Positions 38,678 through 47,647 of a stretch of DNA of 64,000 bases are shown here, piece after piece. The notes beneath the pieces were generated by a model that saw nothing but the letters and a program-made list of their open reading frames with translations, was not told where the DNA came from and ran no database searches. This DNA comes from Sedimentisphaerales bacterium (GTDB lineage Bacteria; Planctomycetota; Phycisphaerae; Sedimentisphaerales; SM23-30). The DNA lies in the NCBI GenBank assembly GCA_963662515.1, contig OY759675.1, forward strand, positions 773,473 through 837,472, written 5' to 3'. Every line of letters begins with the position of its first letter. The stretch's first letter is position 1. Made by a program: the position numbers and the translations under genes.

Positions 38678-38857
38678 TTTTACCTTTGGGCAAAGCTATA
38701 TTATATATAAGAATTTATTATGTTTATTATATATATTATATATTTTACTTATATCTATTTTCAAGTTAAATTTATACAGGCCGCCAGATGATTGTTAGTA
38801 AATTGATGTGCGGTTTATGTGTTACAGACTGCGGTAATAATAAATTAAGGATTAGAA

Positions 38858-39823
38858 ATGAATATTAGTAGTACAGTATTAAATAATTATCGTAGAATAG
38901 TTTATATTTTCTTAGTTGTTCTTATGTGTTTACCGTGGGTTAGTCCGTCGTGGGCATTGGGGGCAGGTATATTATATTCATTGCTTATAGGCAATCCCTT
39001 GCAGAATTTTACCCATAAAACATCAAGAATATTGCTGCAGTGGTCTGTTGTAGGATTAGGATTCGGTATGAATTTTTATGGTGTCTGGCAGGCAGGTAAA
39101 ACCGGTTTTGGTTTTACCGTAGTAAGTATTTTTGGTACATTGGTGTTTGGCTTGTTGCTTGGTCGTCTGCTCAAGGTTGAGAGTCAGGTATCGACACTGG
39201 TATCATGTGGTACTTCTATATGCGGCGGCAGTGCGATTGCTGCCGTTGGGGCGGTATTAGATGCTGATGCCAAAGCTATGTCGGTATCTCTCTGTACGGT
39301 TTTTATGCTTAATGCTGCAGCCCTATTTGTGTTTCCGCCATTAGGTCAACTGGCAGGAATGGATGGGCCACATTTTGGATTGTGGTCAGCTATCGCCATT
39401 CATGATACCAGTTCTGTGGTGGGAGCTGCGGCAAGATATGGTCATGACGCACTTGAGGTCGCAACGCCAGTAAAACTGGTTCGTGCCCTGTGGATCGTTC
39501 CGATCACTTTTGGTATTGCCGCTTTCCGGAAAAAAAAGAAAAATTCAGTAAAATTCCCGTGGTTTATTGTGTATTTTCTTGTTGCTGTGGCCATAACTAC
39601 ACTATTTCCGCAATATGGTAATGTTTACCATGCTATAAACATTATTGCAAAGCAGGGACTGGCTGTTACCTTGTTTTTTATTGGTTCTGGCCTGTCTTAT
39701 GAAGCTATCAGTGCGGTAGGGTTAAAACCAGTGCTTCAGGGTGTTTTGCTCTGGGTTGCAATATCAACAATCAGTTTTATGGCTGTTAATATGGCTGATG
39801 TTGGCGGTCTGCCTGGGTATTAG
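38858..39823 (+). CDS. YeiH/UPF0324-family membrane protein (putative sulfate exporter family)
   Basis: 321 aa with about 10 TM segments. The SCGTSICGGSAIAA motif is typical of the family. The divergent LysR neighbour mirrors the E. coli yeiE-yeiH arrangement. Confidence 0.7.
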   Translation: MNISSTVLNNYRRIVYIFLVVLMCLPWVSPSWALGAGILYSLLIGNPLQNFTHKTSRILLQWSVVGLGFGMNFYGVWQAGKTGFGFTVVSIFGTLVFGLLLGRLLKVESQVSTLVSCGTSICGGSAIAAVGAVLDADAKAMSVSLCTVFMLNAAALFVFPPLGQLAGMDGPHFGLWSAIAIHDTSSVVGAAARYGHDALEVATPVKLVRALWIVPITFGIAAFRKKKKNSVKFPWFIVYFLVAVAITTLFPQYGNVYHAINIIAKQGLAVTLFFIGSGLSYEAISAVGLKPVLQGVLLWVAISTISFMAVNMADVGGLPGY

Positions 39824-39890
39824 GTTTTGTGACGCGGGCGGCGACCAATCATAAACGCTTACCTGCAACAGTCTGGTTTCTGGCCAGAAT

Positions 39891-40307
39891 TTACAGTTGT
39901 ATTCGAAATGGCCGGCAGGTGTTGGCGGTGCTGGTGCTGGTGAGCCATTTGAGGGCTTCGGCTTCGCTGGTGAAGATACGCAGGCGGTAGCCGTTGGCGG
40001 TACAGAGCTGCTGAAAGAATTCGAGATTTTCGATGCCGGTATAATTTTCGTTATAGATAATGGCGGTTTTGGCTTCGCTGGCAGTTGGTGATTCCTGAAC
40101 TACTTTTGCCAGGTCGATCATTTCCAGAGTGTCCAGTGTCAGCTTGAGCTGGGCGATGTCGCAAAGAATGAGATAGCAATTATGCTCCAGAACCATTGTA
40201 GAGCAGTTCATGCACAGCTCTTTGATCTCGTTGAAGGTCAGCTCATTGCTAAGCTCTGATATTCTGATAATTTTGTAAACCGGGTCGAATTTAATATTGA
40301 ATTTCAC
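39891..40307 (-). CDS. hypothetical protein, STAS/SpoIIAA-like fold suspected
   Basis: I preferred GTG 40307 because AAGGAG lies 8 nt upstream. The C-terminal FTSEAEALKWL resembles STAS-like sensor partner proteins. The functional call is weak. Confidence 0.45.
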   Translation of the reverse strand: MKFNIKFDPVYKIIRISELSNELTFNEIKELCMNCSTMVLEHNCYLILCDIAQLKLTLDTLEMIDLAKVVQESPTASEAKTAIIYNENYTGIENLEFFQQLCTANGYRLRIFTSEAEALKWLTSTSTANTCRPFRIQL

Positions 40308-40655
40308 CTGTTCCTCACTCCTTAAACCATAGGGTAAAATCTTTTGCCACATTCTCAAAGTCTTTAATACAAGAGATTTATCGTACAAGAGGGACAAATT
40401 CCATTACAAAAAAATCCACCTTTGCAATATTTATGGGCTAAGCCTGTTGGCAGGGTAAAAAACGCCAGTTGTTTTGTGTTGGTGAGTTAGTGGATAATGA
40501 AATCTTAAACCAGAAGCCAGCCGGGTTCGGAAAGGTTTAAATAATAACAACTTCACACACAGCCAACTCAAACTACTATAAAGATCCAGCGAGTATTCGA
40601 GCGGTTATCCTGTCAAATGCTATTTCTGGCGTTAGCAATCAATTTTACAGAAGTC

Positions 40656-40683
40656 TTGACAAAATCAGTAATTTTGGTATAAT
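40656..40683 (+). promoter_or_regulatory. near-consensus sigma70 promoter with extended -10
   Basis: TTGACA, a 16-nt spacer ending in TGg, then TATAAT. It lies ~58 nt upstream of the 77-aa ORF. Confidence 0.5.
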
Positions 40684-40741
40684 AACCCGTCTTTAGTACA
40701 AGTAAAATATGTAAATATCGATATACAGGAGAGTTACAAAC

Positions 40742-40975
40742 ATGGGTCAGAGACGCGACAGATTAGATGGGCGTATGGAAAATCAGAAGATCACTCGCAA
40801 TGAGAATTCTCTGAAGAAGGACAAAGAAGCTGTCCGTAGAAGAGAAGACATTGTCAAGCTGATCAATGCTGGCACATTTCCCTATACCCCGACAGTGATG
40901 AGCTGGCTGAGTATGGAAATGGGTAAGAAGTCAAGTCAGTTGACCGAAGCTGAAGTGAAGGCATTTCTGGCCTGA
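40742..40975 (+). CDS. small basic hypothetical protein
   Basis: 77 aa with RBS AGGAGAG, a strong promoter upstream and a terminator downstream. No family was recognised. Confidence 0.6.
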   Translation: MGQRRDRLDGRMENQKITRNENSLKKDKEAVRRREDIVKLINAGTFPYTPTVMSWLSMEMGKKSSQLTEAEVKAFLA

Positions 40976-41049
40976 GCCTGAGTATGCATTAAATTCAGCT
41001 TGCCTTAGTTGCTGGTGATATGCCAGGGCGATGTGTGAGAGTATATATT

Positions 41050-41086
41050 AACGCCGGACATTTTAATATGATGTCCGGCGTTTTTA
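41050..41086 (+). terminator. rho-independent terminator
   Basis: AACGCCGGACAT-loop-ATGTCCGGCGTT followed by TTTTATT. Confidence 0.75.
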
Positions 41087-41168
41087 TTGAGTGTCAGTCG
41101 GGTATTTGCTATAATTGTGCATTCTAAGGCAAGATCAGGAGCAATAATACGCGGTTTTTAGAGTTAAT

Positions 41169-43058
41169 ATGCAAAAAGAATCAGAGACAAGAGAGTTACT
41201 GACAAAGATTCTGGCCAATTCCGGTCAGGCGGTGGTCGTACTGGACGCTCAGGGTATAATTAAGCTGGCCAATGATCGTTCGCTTGAGTTTCTGGCTCAG
41301 GGCAATAGTGATTGTGTCGGTGATCCTTTTGGAACACTGGTCAACGATCAGGGCGGCGGCCTGCTGACTGACTTACGCGCTATGGCTGGTTCTGCCGGTG
41401 GTTGCTGTGAGGTAGATCAATTGCTTACTCTGGCAGGCGGACGGGTTTTGAATGTCCGGATCAGGGCAGTGATAAGTGGTACTGATCTTATTTTGTACAT
41501 AGATGATAATGCCGATGTTGACTGGCTGCGTCGTCAATTGCAGATGACAACCGAGCAGATGGAACGCAATCTTTTGGTCGCCCGTGAGAAGGAAAGTTAT
41601 CTTCGCTCTATATTTCGCAGTTCCGGCATAGGTATAGCCTTGTTAAACCTGAATGGCTCTATAGTGGAGTGTAATGCGGTATATCAACAGCTGACCGGCA
41701 GAACGGTTGACCAGTTGCGTATGAAGTCTTTCGCTGCATATCTGCACCCGGAAGATATGCGCGGGGCAACAGGCATATTTAATGATCTGGCGGCGGGTAA
41801 ATGTGCCCACTATCAGATCGAGCAAAGGCAGATGTTGCCTGATAATGACCAATACGCCTGGGTTAAGGTTTCTGCTTCTCTTATTCGCTCAGTGAGCGGT
41901 CGGCCCGATTATGCCCTCTTTATTGTAGAAGATATATCAGAGCAGAAGAAGGCTGAATTGTCATTCCGCCAGAGCGAGCTCAAATATAGAGCCCTTTTTG
42001 AGGGTATGCTTGATGGTTTTGCCTGTCATAAAGCTGTTCGCAATGCCTCTGGTGAGATAGAGCGATATGAGTTTACCGAGGTTAATGATGCCTGTGCCGA
42101 TATATTAAAGCTCACTCGCGAGCAAATAATAGGCAAGTCGCTGGTCGAAGTTGCTGCACTTACTGATTTTACTCTGGAATGGGACAAGCTCTATCATAAG
42201 GTCGATCAATGTCGAATACATATCCGTCATGATATCTACTCGTACAATCAGGGCAGGTGGTATTCTGTTTTAGCTTATAGTCCGCAGCCGGATTATTTTG
42301 TTACCTACATAGAAGATATAACCGAGCGTCGTCAGATCGAGGAAGAGATACGCGTGTTTGCAACAGAGCTGGAATGTAGTAATCGAGAGCTGGAGCATTT
42401 CGTGACTCGTGCATCTGGTGAGCTTTCCGGTCGGTTAGAGCAGATAGCAACAACGATAACCGAGCTCAATGAAGATCAGCAGGTGGCCCAGTCTCATCAG
42501 GCGGGACGCTCGCTGTCTGCTATTGTTGGTCATTGTGATAGTTTGCAGGGTATGCTTGATGGTTTGCTGGTCTATTCTCGTATGGTGTATCGTGGTAATC
42601 CGCTGGAAAATGTCGATCTCAACGAAATTATGCTGACGGTAAAGACTATTCTGGCCAGCCGTCTGGCTCAGGGTGATCTGGTTCTGCAATGGGGTAATAT
42701 GCCGGTGGTTTATGCCGATCGTCAGCAGATAGAGATGATGTTCGTTAAGATAATCGAGGCCCTTGACCTCTTTGCCTTGCCTGGTGCATTGCAGGTGGGT
42801 ATATCTGCGGTGCAGTCGGGTAAATATTGGAGTATCAACCTGGCGGCCAGTCCGGTAGATATGCCTCAGAAACTCTTGCGTATCATCTTTGATGTCTTCC
42901 GTTCCTTTGAATATCGCAATAAAACCTATAGTACCGGCATACACCTGCCCTTGTGCAAGAAGATCATGGAAAGGCATGAGGGACAGATCGCTGTAGCTCT
43001 GTCAGAGTCCGATAAGTGTGTATTCCACCTTACTTTTCCCATTCCCTCAGTAGAATAG
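41169..43058 (+). CDS. multi-PAS histidine-kinase-like protein with degenerate catalytic motifs (pseudokinase)
   Basis: It has three PAS-like regions. At the H-box position it reads LEHFVTRASGELSGRLE, with Gly (codon 42417-42419) in place of His. The N-box is ..IIEALDLF (no Asn), G1 is absent (LAASPVD) and G2 is degenerate (STGIHL). Confidence 0.75.
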   Translation: MQKESETRELLTKILANSGQAVVVLDAQGIIKLANDRSLEFLAQGNSDCVGDPFGTLVNDQGGGLLTDLRAMAGSAGGCCEVDQLLTLAGGRVLNVRIRAVISGTDLILYIDDNADVDWLRRQLQMTTEQMERNLLVAREKESYLRSIFRSSGIGIALLNLNGSIVECNAVYQQLTGRTVDQLRMKSFAAYLHPEDMRGATGIFNDLAAGKCAHYQIEQRQMLPDNDQYAWVKVSASLIRSVSGRPDYALFIVEDISEQKKAELSFRQSELKYRALFEGMLDGFACHKAVRNASGEIERYEFTEVNDACADILKLTREQIIGKSLVEVAALTDFTLEWDKLYHKVDQCRIHIRHDIYSYNQGRWYSVLAYSPQPDYFVTYIEDITERRQIEEEIRVFATELECSNRELEHFVTRASGELSGRLEQIATTITELNEDQQVAQSHQAGRSLSAIVGHCDSLQGMLDGLLVYSRMVYRGNPLENVDLNEIMLTVKTILASRLAQGDLVLQWGNMPVVYADRQQIEMMFVKIIEALDLFALPGALQVGISAVQSGKYWSINLAASPVDMPQKLLRIIFDVFRSFEYRNKTYSTGIHLPLCKKIMERHEGQIAVALSESDKCVFHLTFPIPSVE

Positions 43059-43186
43059 TAATTTATTTTTGCTTGCGATAAGTATGTTATTGTCTTAATG
43101 GCTTGATTTTATTGTAGTTATGTTAAAAACACTTTTTTTTGTCTCTGTCTTGACTTTTGTTTATATCCATCGTATTATCGTAATAT

Positions 43187-43477
43187 ATGAATAATTCAAT
43201 GAACAGTAAAGTGTTAGATTTTGAGAAGGATAGCGAATTATTAAAGGCTTTGGCTCACCCGGTGCGATTGCGTATAGTGTGTGGGTTGATGTCCGGCGAT
43301 GGCTGTAATGTAAATAAGATCGTAGAGAATTTGCAGTTACCACAATCGACAGTGTCGCAGCATCTGGCGATATTGCGTGGACAGGGGGTAATAAGCTATC
43401 GAAAAGATGGGGTTAAAACCTGTTATTGGGTAACTGATGAGCGTGTGAAAAAACTCATAAATGTTCTTAAAGCGTAA
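43187..43477 (+). CDS. ArsR/SmtB-family transcriptional regulator
   Basis: Contains LKALAHPVRLRIVCGL and LPQSTVSQHLAILR. Two Cys residues occur in VCGLMSGDGC. Confidence 0.85.
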   Translation: MNNSMNSKVLDFEKDSELLKALAHPVRLRIVCGLMSGDGCNVNKIVENLQLPQSTVSQHLAILRGQGVISYRKDGVKTCYWVTDERVKKLINVLKA

Positions 43478-43528
43478 CTGTTTACAGTGTTTATAAAAGA
43501 GCAAAGTTAACTGTGAAATAAATTGTTT

Positions 43529-43718
43529 AGTAATAAGATATAAGATATAAGTTGATAAGCTCTTGTGTCGGCCCTGAGGCCGACGGCTGGTTTAAAGGCT
43601 CTGCAACCAGACAGAGCAGACAAGTTTGTCTAGTCTGTACCGCTGCGAAGCCTTTAAAAGAGGTCCCGACCTGTCGGGACACCGGAGCTTATCAACTTAT
43701 ATCTTATATCTTATTACT
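43529..43718. repeat. long-palindrome MITE-like intergenic element, copy 2
   Basis: It has perfect 34-bp terminal inverted repeats: AGTAATAAGATATAAGATATAAGTTGATAAGCTC ... GAGCTTATCAACTTATATCTTATATCTTATTACT. Internal sub-hairpins are GTCGGCC..GGCCGAC, AGACAA..TTGTCT and GTCCCGAC..GTCGGGAC. Confidence 0.85.
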
Positions 43719-43834
43719 GTAACCGTGTGAACGGTTACCTTAAAGGTGTATAAAATAAGGCGTTATGCAATAGTAGTCAGTTTATTGGCTTTGCATGACT
43801 GTCGAATAAACGGGTTAGAACAGGAGATAGTACA

Positions 43835-45514
43835 ATGGCGTTAAAAGTGGTAATAGTAGGTGGTGTGGCTGCCGGTCCGAAGGTTGCTTCAAGAATAGTT
43901 CGTTTATGCCCGGAGGCAGAGGTAACCTTGTTTGAGATGGGTGAGTTCCTCAGTTATGCCGGGTGCGGCTTGCCTTATTATATTTCGGGTGTAGTAAAAG
44001 AGCAGAAGGAGCTGATGAGTACGCCGGTTGGCGTGGTGCGTGATCCGGTCTTTTTCCAGAATGTCAAAAATGTGAAGATCTGCAATCATACCGAAGTGAC
44101 TGCAATTGACCGCCAGAATAAGAAAGTGTCAGCCCGTAATCTCAAGGATAATACTACTTGTGAGGTTGCTTATGATAAACTCGTACTGGCAACAGGTGCA
44201 TCTTCTTTTGTTCCTCCGATCGAGGGGACAAAACTTCAGCATGTTTACACTTTACATGGTGTGGAAGATGCCGAAGGTATCAAAGCCAGTTTTAAGGAAA
44301 GATCGGCTCAGAATGTAACTATAGTTGGCGGCGGTCTGATCGGTATAGAAATGGCTGAGGCCTTTGCTGAGATGGGCGCAAGAGTAACAGTGGTTGAGGC
44401 CATGGATCAGATACTTACTTTTTTAGACTGGGAAATGGCTTTGCAGGTAGTTAAGCATCTCAATGCCAAAGGGGTGAAAGTGCTTACCGGCACAAAGGTA
44501 AGTGCCCTGGTTGGTAATGGCTCGGTAGAGAAAGTTGTTACTGATAAAGGCGAAATACCCAGTGAGATAGCTATTATTGCCGTTGGCGTAAGGCCCAGCA
44601 GCTCTCTAGCCAAAGCAGCCGGTCTGACAGTTGGCAAAGGCGGTGGTATTGTCGTTAATGACAAGATGCAGACTTCTGACCCGGATATTTTTGCCGCAGG
44701 CGATTGTGTGGAAATGACTAATATTATAACAGGCAAGCCGTGTTATGTGCCGCTTGGTTCAACGGCCAATAAGCAGGGGCGTGTAGCGGCTGATAATATC
44801 TGTGGTAGCGGCCGCGACCGGTTCCCCGGTGTATTAGGCACAGCTATCTGTAAGGTTTTTGATTTTGCCGTTGGTGCTACTGGTCTGTCAGAGTCAAGGG
44901 CAAAGGCTGAAGGCTATGATGTAATTACAGTTCTGACGCCGGCTCCCGATAAGGCCCATTTCTATCCGACAGCTAAAACGGTTATGCTCAAGCTGGTGGT
45001 AGATAAAGCAACTCGCCGGTTATTAGGTATGCAGGGCGTTGGCCCGGGTGATGCCGATAAACGGATAGATGTGGCAGCTACAGCAATAACAGCAAAGATG
45101 ACCGTTGATGATATAGCGAATCTTGACCTGGCCTATGCCCCGCCTTTTGCCCCGGCGATGGATAATATAATCACAGCGGCCAATATAGCTCGCAATAAGC
45201 TCGATGGCATATTTGAGTCAGTGACCCCGATGGAAGTCAAGGCCATGCAGGATGCCGGGCAGGATATTTTCCTGTTGGATGTGCGTACGCCAGATGAATA
45301 TAATGCCGCCCGTATCCCTGGCGGTGTACTTATCCCGCTGGGTAAAGTTCGCAGCAGTCTGGACAAGATCCCGCACGATAAGCCGGTGATCGCATTCTGC
45401 AAAATATCATTACGAGGCTATGAGGCTGCCCTGATATTAAAGGCAAACGGCTATACCAATGTAAAGGTAATGGACGGTGGTGTTGTAATGTGGCCTTATG
45501 GGCTTGAAAGCTGA
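43835..45514 (+). CDS. CoA-disulfide reductase-family FAD oxidoreductase with C-terminal rhodanese domain
   Basis: GGVAAG is the FAD-binding motif, and the redox Cys lies in SYAGCGLPYYI. A second dinucleotide fold is marked by VGGGLIGIE. The C-terminal rhodanese domain has its active-site Cys in AFCKISLRG. Confidence 0.8.
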   Translation: MALKVVIVGGVAAGPKVASRIVRLCPEAEVTLFEMGEFLSYAGCGLPYYISGVVKEQKELMSTPVGVVRDPVFFQNVKNVKICNHTEVTAIDRQNKKVSARNLKDNTTCEVAYDKLVLATGASSFVPPIEGTKLQHVYTLHGVEDAEGIKASFKERSAQNVTIVGGGLIGIEMAEAFAEMGARVTVVEAMDQILTFLDWEMALQVVKHLNAKGVKVLTGTKVSALVGNGSVEKVVTDKGEIPSEIAIIAVGVRPSSSLAKAAGLTVGKGGGIVVNDKMQTSDPDIFAAGDCVEMTNIITGKPCYVPLGSTANKQGRVAADNICGSGRDRFPGVLGTAICKVFDFAVGATGLSESRAKAEGYDVITVLTPAPDKAHFYPTAKTVMLKLVVDKATRRLLGMQGVGPGDADKRIDVAATAITAKMTVDDIANLDLAYAPPFAPAMDNIITAANIARNKLDGIFESVTPMEVKAMQDAGQDIFLLDVRTPDEYNAARIPGGVLIPLGKVRSSLDKIPHDKPVIAFCKISLRGYEAALILKANGYTNVKVMDGGVVMWPYGLES

Positions 45515-45535
45515 TTGAGAGATAGAGGATTAAAT

Positions 45536-46540
45536 ATGATCGTATTTCGTGTTTTAAGTATATTACAGAAGAATCTGGTTTATTCCATACCGGCTTTTAT
45601 GCTGGCAGGTATTATTGTCGGATGGCTGGCTGATGTTTCGTTTTTGAAGGCTGCTGTTATGCCGCTGACTTTCCTTATGGTGTATCCGATGATGGTGAAT
45701 ATGCAGTTGAAAAAGCTGTTTACTCATGGTGATACCAGGTTGCAATTGCTGACTCAGTTGATCAATTTCGGCATAATACCTTTTGTTGCCTTTGGTATTG
45801 GTAAGCTGTTCTTTGCTGATGCACCTCTGATCGCATTGGGGCTTTTACTGGCTTCCCTGCTGCCAACCAGCGGTATGACTATATCATATACCGGCTTTGC
45901 CAAAGGAAATATGAATGCCGCGGTGAAGATGACGGTTGTTGGGCTTATTCTCGGTTCGCTGGCTGCTCCGTTCTATGCCCGTTATCTGATGGGTGCGGTA
46001 ATAGAGATACCGCTGGCCAATATTTTCGGTCAGATAGTGCTTATGGTCTTTCTGCCTCTGCTTGCCGGTAATATTACTCAGCGGGTATTGGTCAATCGAT
46101 ATGGTCAGGAGAAGTACAACGCTGACCTGAAAAATAAATTCCCGCTCTTTTCTACTCTGGGTGTTTTGGGTATAGTCTTTGTGGCTATGGCTCTGAAGTC
46201 TCGTACTATAATTGCCCAGCCGGCTTTATTGATAAAGCTGATCGTGCCGTTACTTTTGCTCTATCTGTTTAATTTCGGCTTGAGTACGATAATTGGCAAG
46301 CTGCTTCTTACTCGCAATGATGCCATAGCTCTGGTCTATGGAACGGTAATGAGAAATCTCTCGATAGCTCTGGCTATTGCTATGACCGTTTTTGGCAAGC
46401 AGGGTTCAGACATAGCCCTGATAATCGCTATGGCCTATATTATTCAGGTGCAGGGCGCAGCCTGGTATGGCAAATTTTCTGACAAGATATTTGGTGAGCC
46501 TGAGCCGGTGACTCCTACGAGTTGTCGGGCTGCTTCCTGA
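45536..46540 (+). CDS. ACR3/BASS-superfamily membrane transporter
   Basis: About 10 TM segments, with the LPTSGMT motif typical of arsenical-resistance-3 / bile-acid:Na+ symporter-fold proteins. I chose ATG 45536, which follows an RBS. Confidence 0.65.
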   Translation: MIVFRVLSILQKNLVYSIPAFMLAGIIVGWLADVSFLKAAVMPLTFLMVYPMMVNMQLKKLFTHGDTRLQLLTQLINFGIIPFVAFGIGKLFFADAPLIALGLLLASLLPTSGMTISYTGFAKGNMNAAVKMTVVGLILGSLAAPFYARYLMGAVIEIPLANIFGQIVLMVFLPLLAGNITQRVLVNRYGQEKYNADLKNKFPLFSTLGVLGIVFVAMALKSRTIIAQPALLIKLIVPLLLLYLFNFGLSTIIGKLLLTRNDAIALVYGTVMRNLSIALAIAMTVFGKQGSDIALIIAMAYIIQVQGAAWYGKFSDKIFGEPEPVTPTSCRAAS

Positions 46541-46553
46541 TAAATAACTTGCT

Positions 46554-46601
46554 AAAAAAAAGCGGAGAGTTGAACTTTTGTTCGCTCTCCGCTTTTTTTT
46601 T
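46554..46601. terminator. bidirectional terminator between convergent genes
   Basis: A8-GCGGAGAG-loop-CTCTCCGC-T9. Confidence 0.75.
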
Positions 46602-46623
46602 ATCTCTATTTGTCGGGCAGGTT

Positions 46624-47454
46624 TTATTCGAAGGTGATCGTATCGCCGCAATGGCAGATCCTGACCCGGTCGGGCATGCTTTCCTGCATGGCCTTAACGG
46701 CTCTTTCGCCTGTGCAGTGTAGTGGAATTATCTGTTTGATATCACGCTTGAGCAATTCTGTGACAGTCTGGTCGATTTTTTCCTGATTGGCGTTTTCCAG
46801 GTGCATACCGCCAATGACGGCATGGATCGGTTTATTATTGCTGATCTTGTCTATATAGTCCAAAGTGTTGACAACTCCGGCGTGAGCACAGCCCAGTAAA
46901 ACCACAAGTCCCAGGTCGGTTTTGATAAATACCGCCTGATCGTCAAGGACATGGTCTGGTTTTGCCCCATTTATATTGAGCGAGAATTTTGCCTCTGGTT
47001 TTTCAAAAGGACAGTTTCTCGGTATGCCGCCGGTTACCCCTATGCCAGGAGTTATTACGGTGGGAGTGTCGGTAAACACTTTCCAGTGTTTGTTGATTAT
47101 CTGACGGGAACGACGCGGCATGCCTATATAATGCATGCCATCGGGTCGCCGACTGTAACGGCCCCAGCAGGCCTTCGAGTGCATACAGACACTGGCTTCT
47201 GGTGCCAGCTTTAATACTGCCGGAGCGCCGCCTGCGTGGTCGTAATGACCATGACTCAGGACTAATATGTCTGTCTGGCTCAGGTCAATCCCAAGTGCCA
47301 GAGCATTCTGGGCAACTAAACCGCTCTGACCGGCATCGAGAAGAACTTTGTGATCTCGATAGTCGATCCATAGCGACAAGCCATGTTCTACTCCAAGATC
47401 AGAACGCTCTGTGGTATTTTCAACCAGTATCGTTATTTTCAGGTGGTTAGACAT
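46624..47454 (-). CDS. MBL-fold metallo-hydrolase (COG1237-like)
   Basis: Contains the HxHxDH motif (SHGHYDHAGG) and the N-terminal LKITILVENT pattern. Further His residues occur at CAHAG and PLHCTG. Confidence 0.75.
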   Translation of the reverse strand: MSNHLKITILVENTTERSDLGVEHGLSLWIDYRDHKVLLDAGQSGLVAQNALALGIDLSQTDILVLSHGHYDHAGGAPAVLKLAPEASVCMHSKACWGRYSRRPDGMHYIGMPRRSRQIINKHWKVFTDTPTVITPGIGVTGGIPRNCPFEKPEAKFSLNINGAKPDHVLDDQAVFIKTDLGLVVLLGCAHAGVVNTLDYIDKISNNKPIHAVIGGMHLENANQEKIDQTVTELLKRDIKQIIPLHCTGERAVKAMQESMPDRVRICHCGDTITFE

Positions 47455-47524
47455 CTACATACTCCTGTAAAGTAAACCTTTATTATACAGAACGGAGTCA
47501 ATTGGGCCAATGAAATAATCCTGC

Positions 47525-47561
47525 AAAAAAAAAGGATACTTTCCCGTTAAGAAAAGTATCC
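47525..47561 (-). terminator. rho-independent terminator on minus strand, upstream of the MBL gene
   Basis: On the minus strand: GGATACTTT-loop-AAAGTATCC followed by T9. Confidence 0.6.
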
Positions 47562-47647
47562 CCGAATTGTGTTCGTTTGCGTCTTCTGTGAATGTCACAT
47601 CATAGCAAACTTGAATAGGAGCTCATTTGCTTATATTGAATAAGCTG
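47525..47647 (-). ncRNA. candidate ~120-nt small RNA (promoter-to-terminator unit, no ORF)
   Basis: On the minus strand, TTGCTT (47682-47677), a 17-nt spacer and TACAAT (47659-47654) form a promoter. About 125 nt downstream is the terminator at 47561-47525. The only ORF in between is 8 codons long. Confidence 0.2.
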
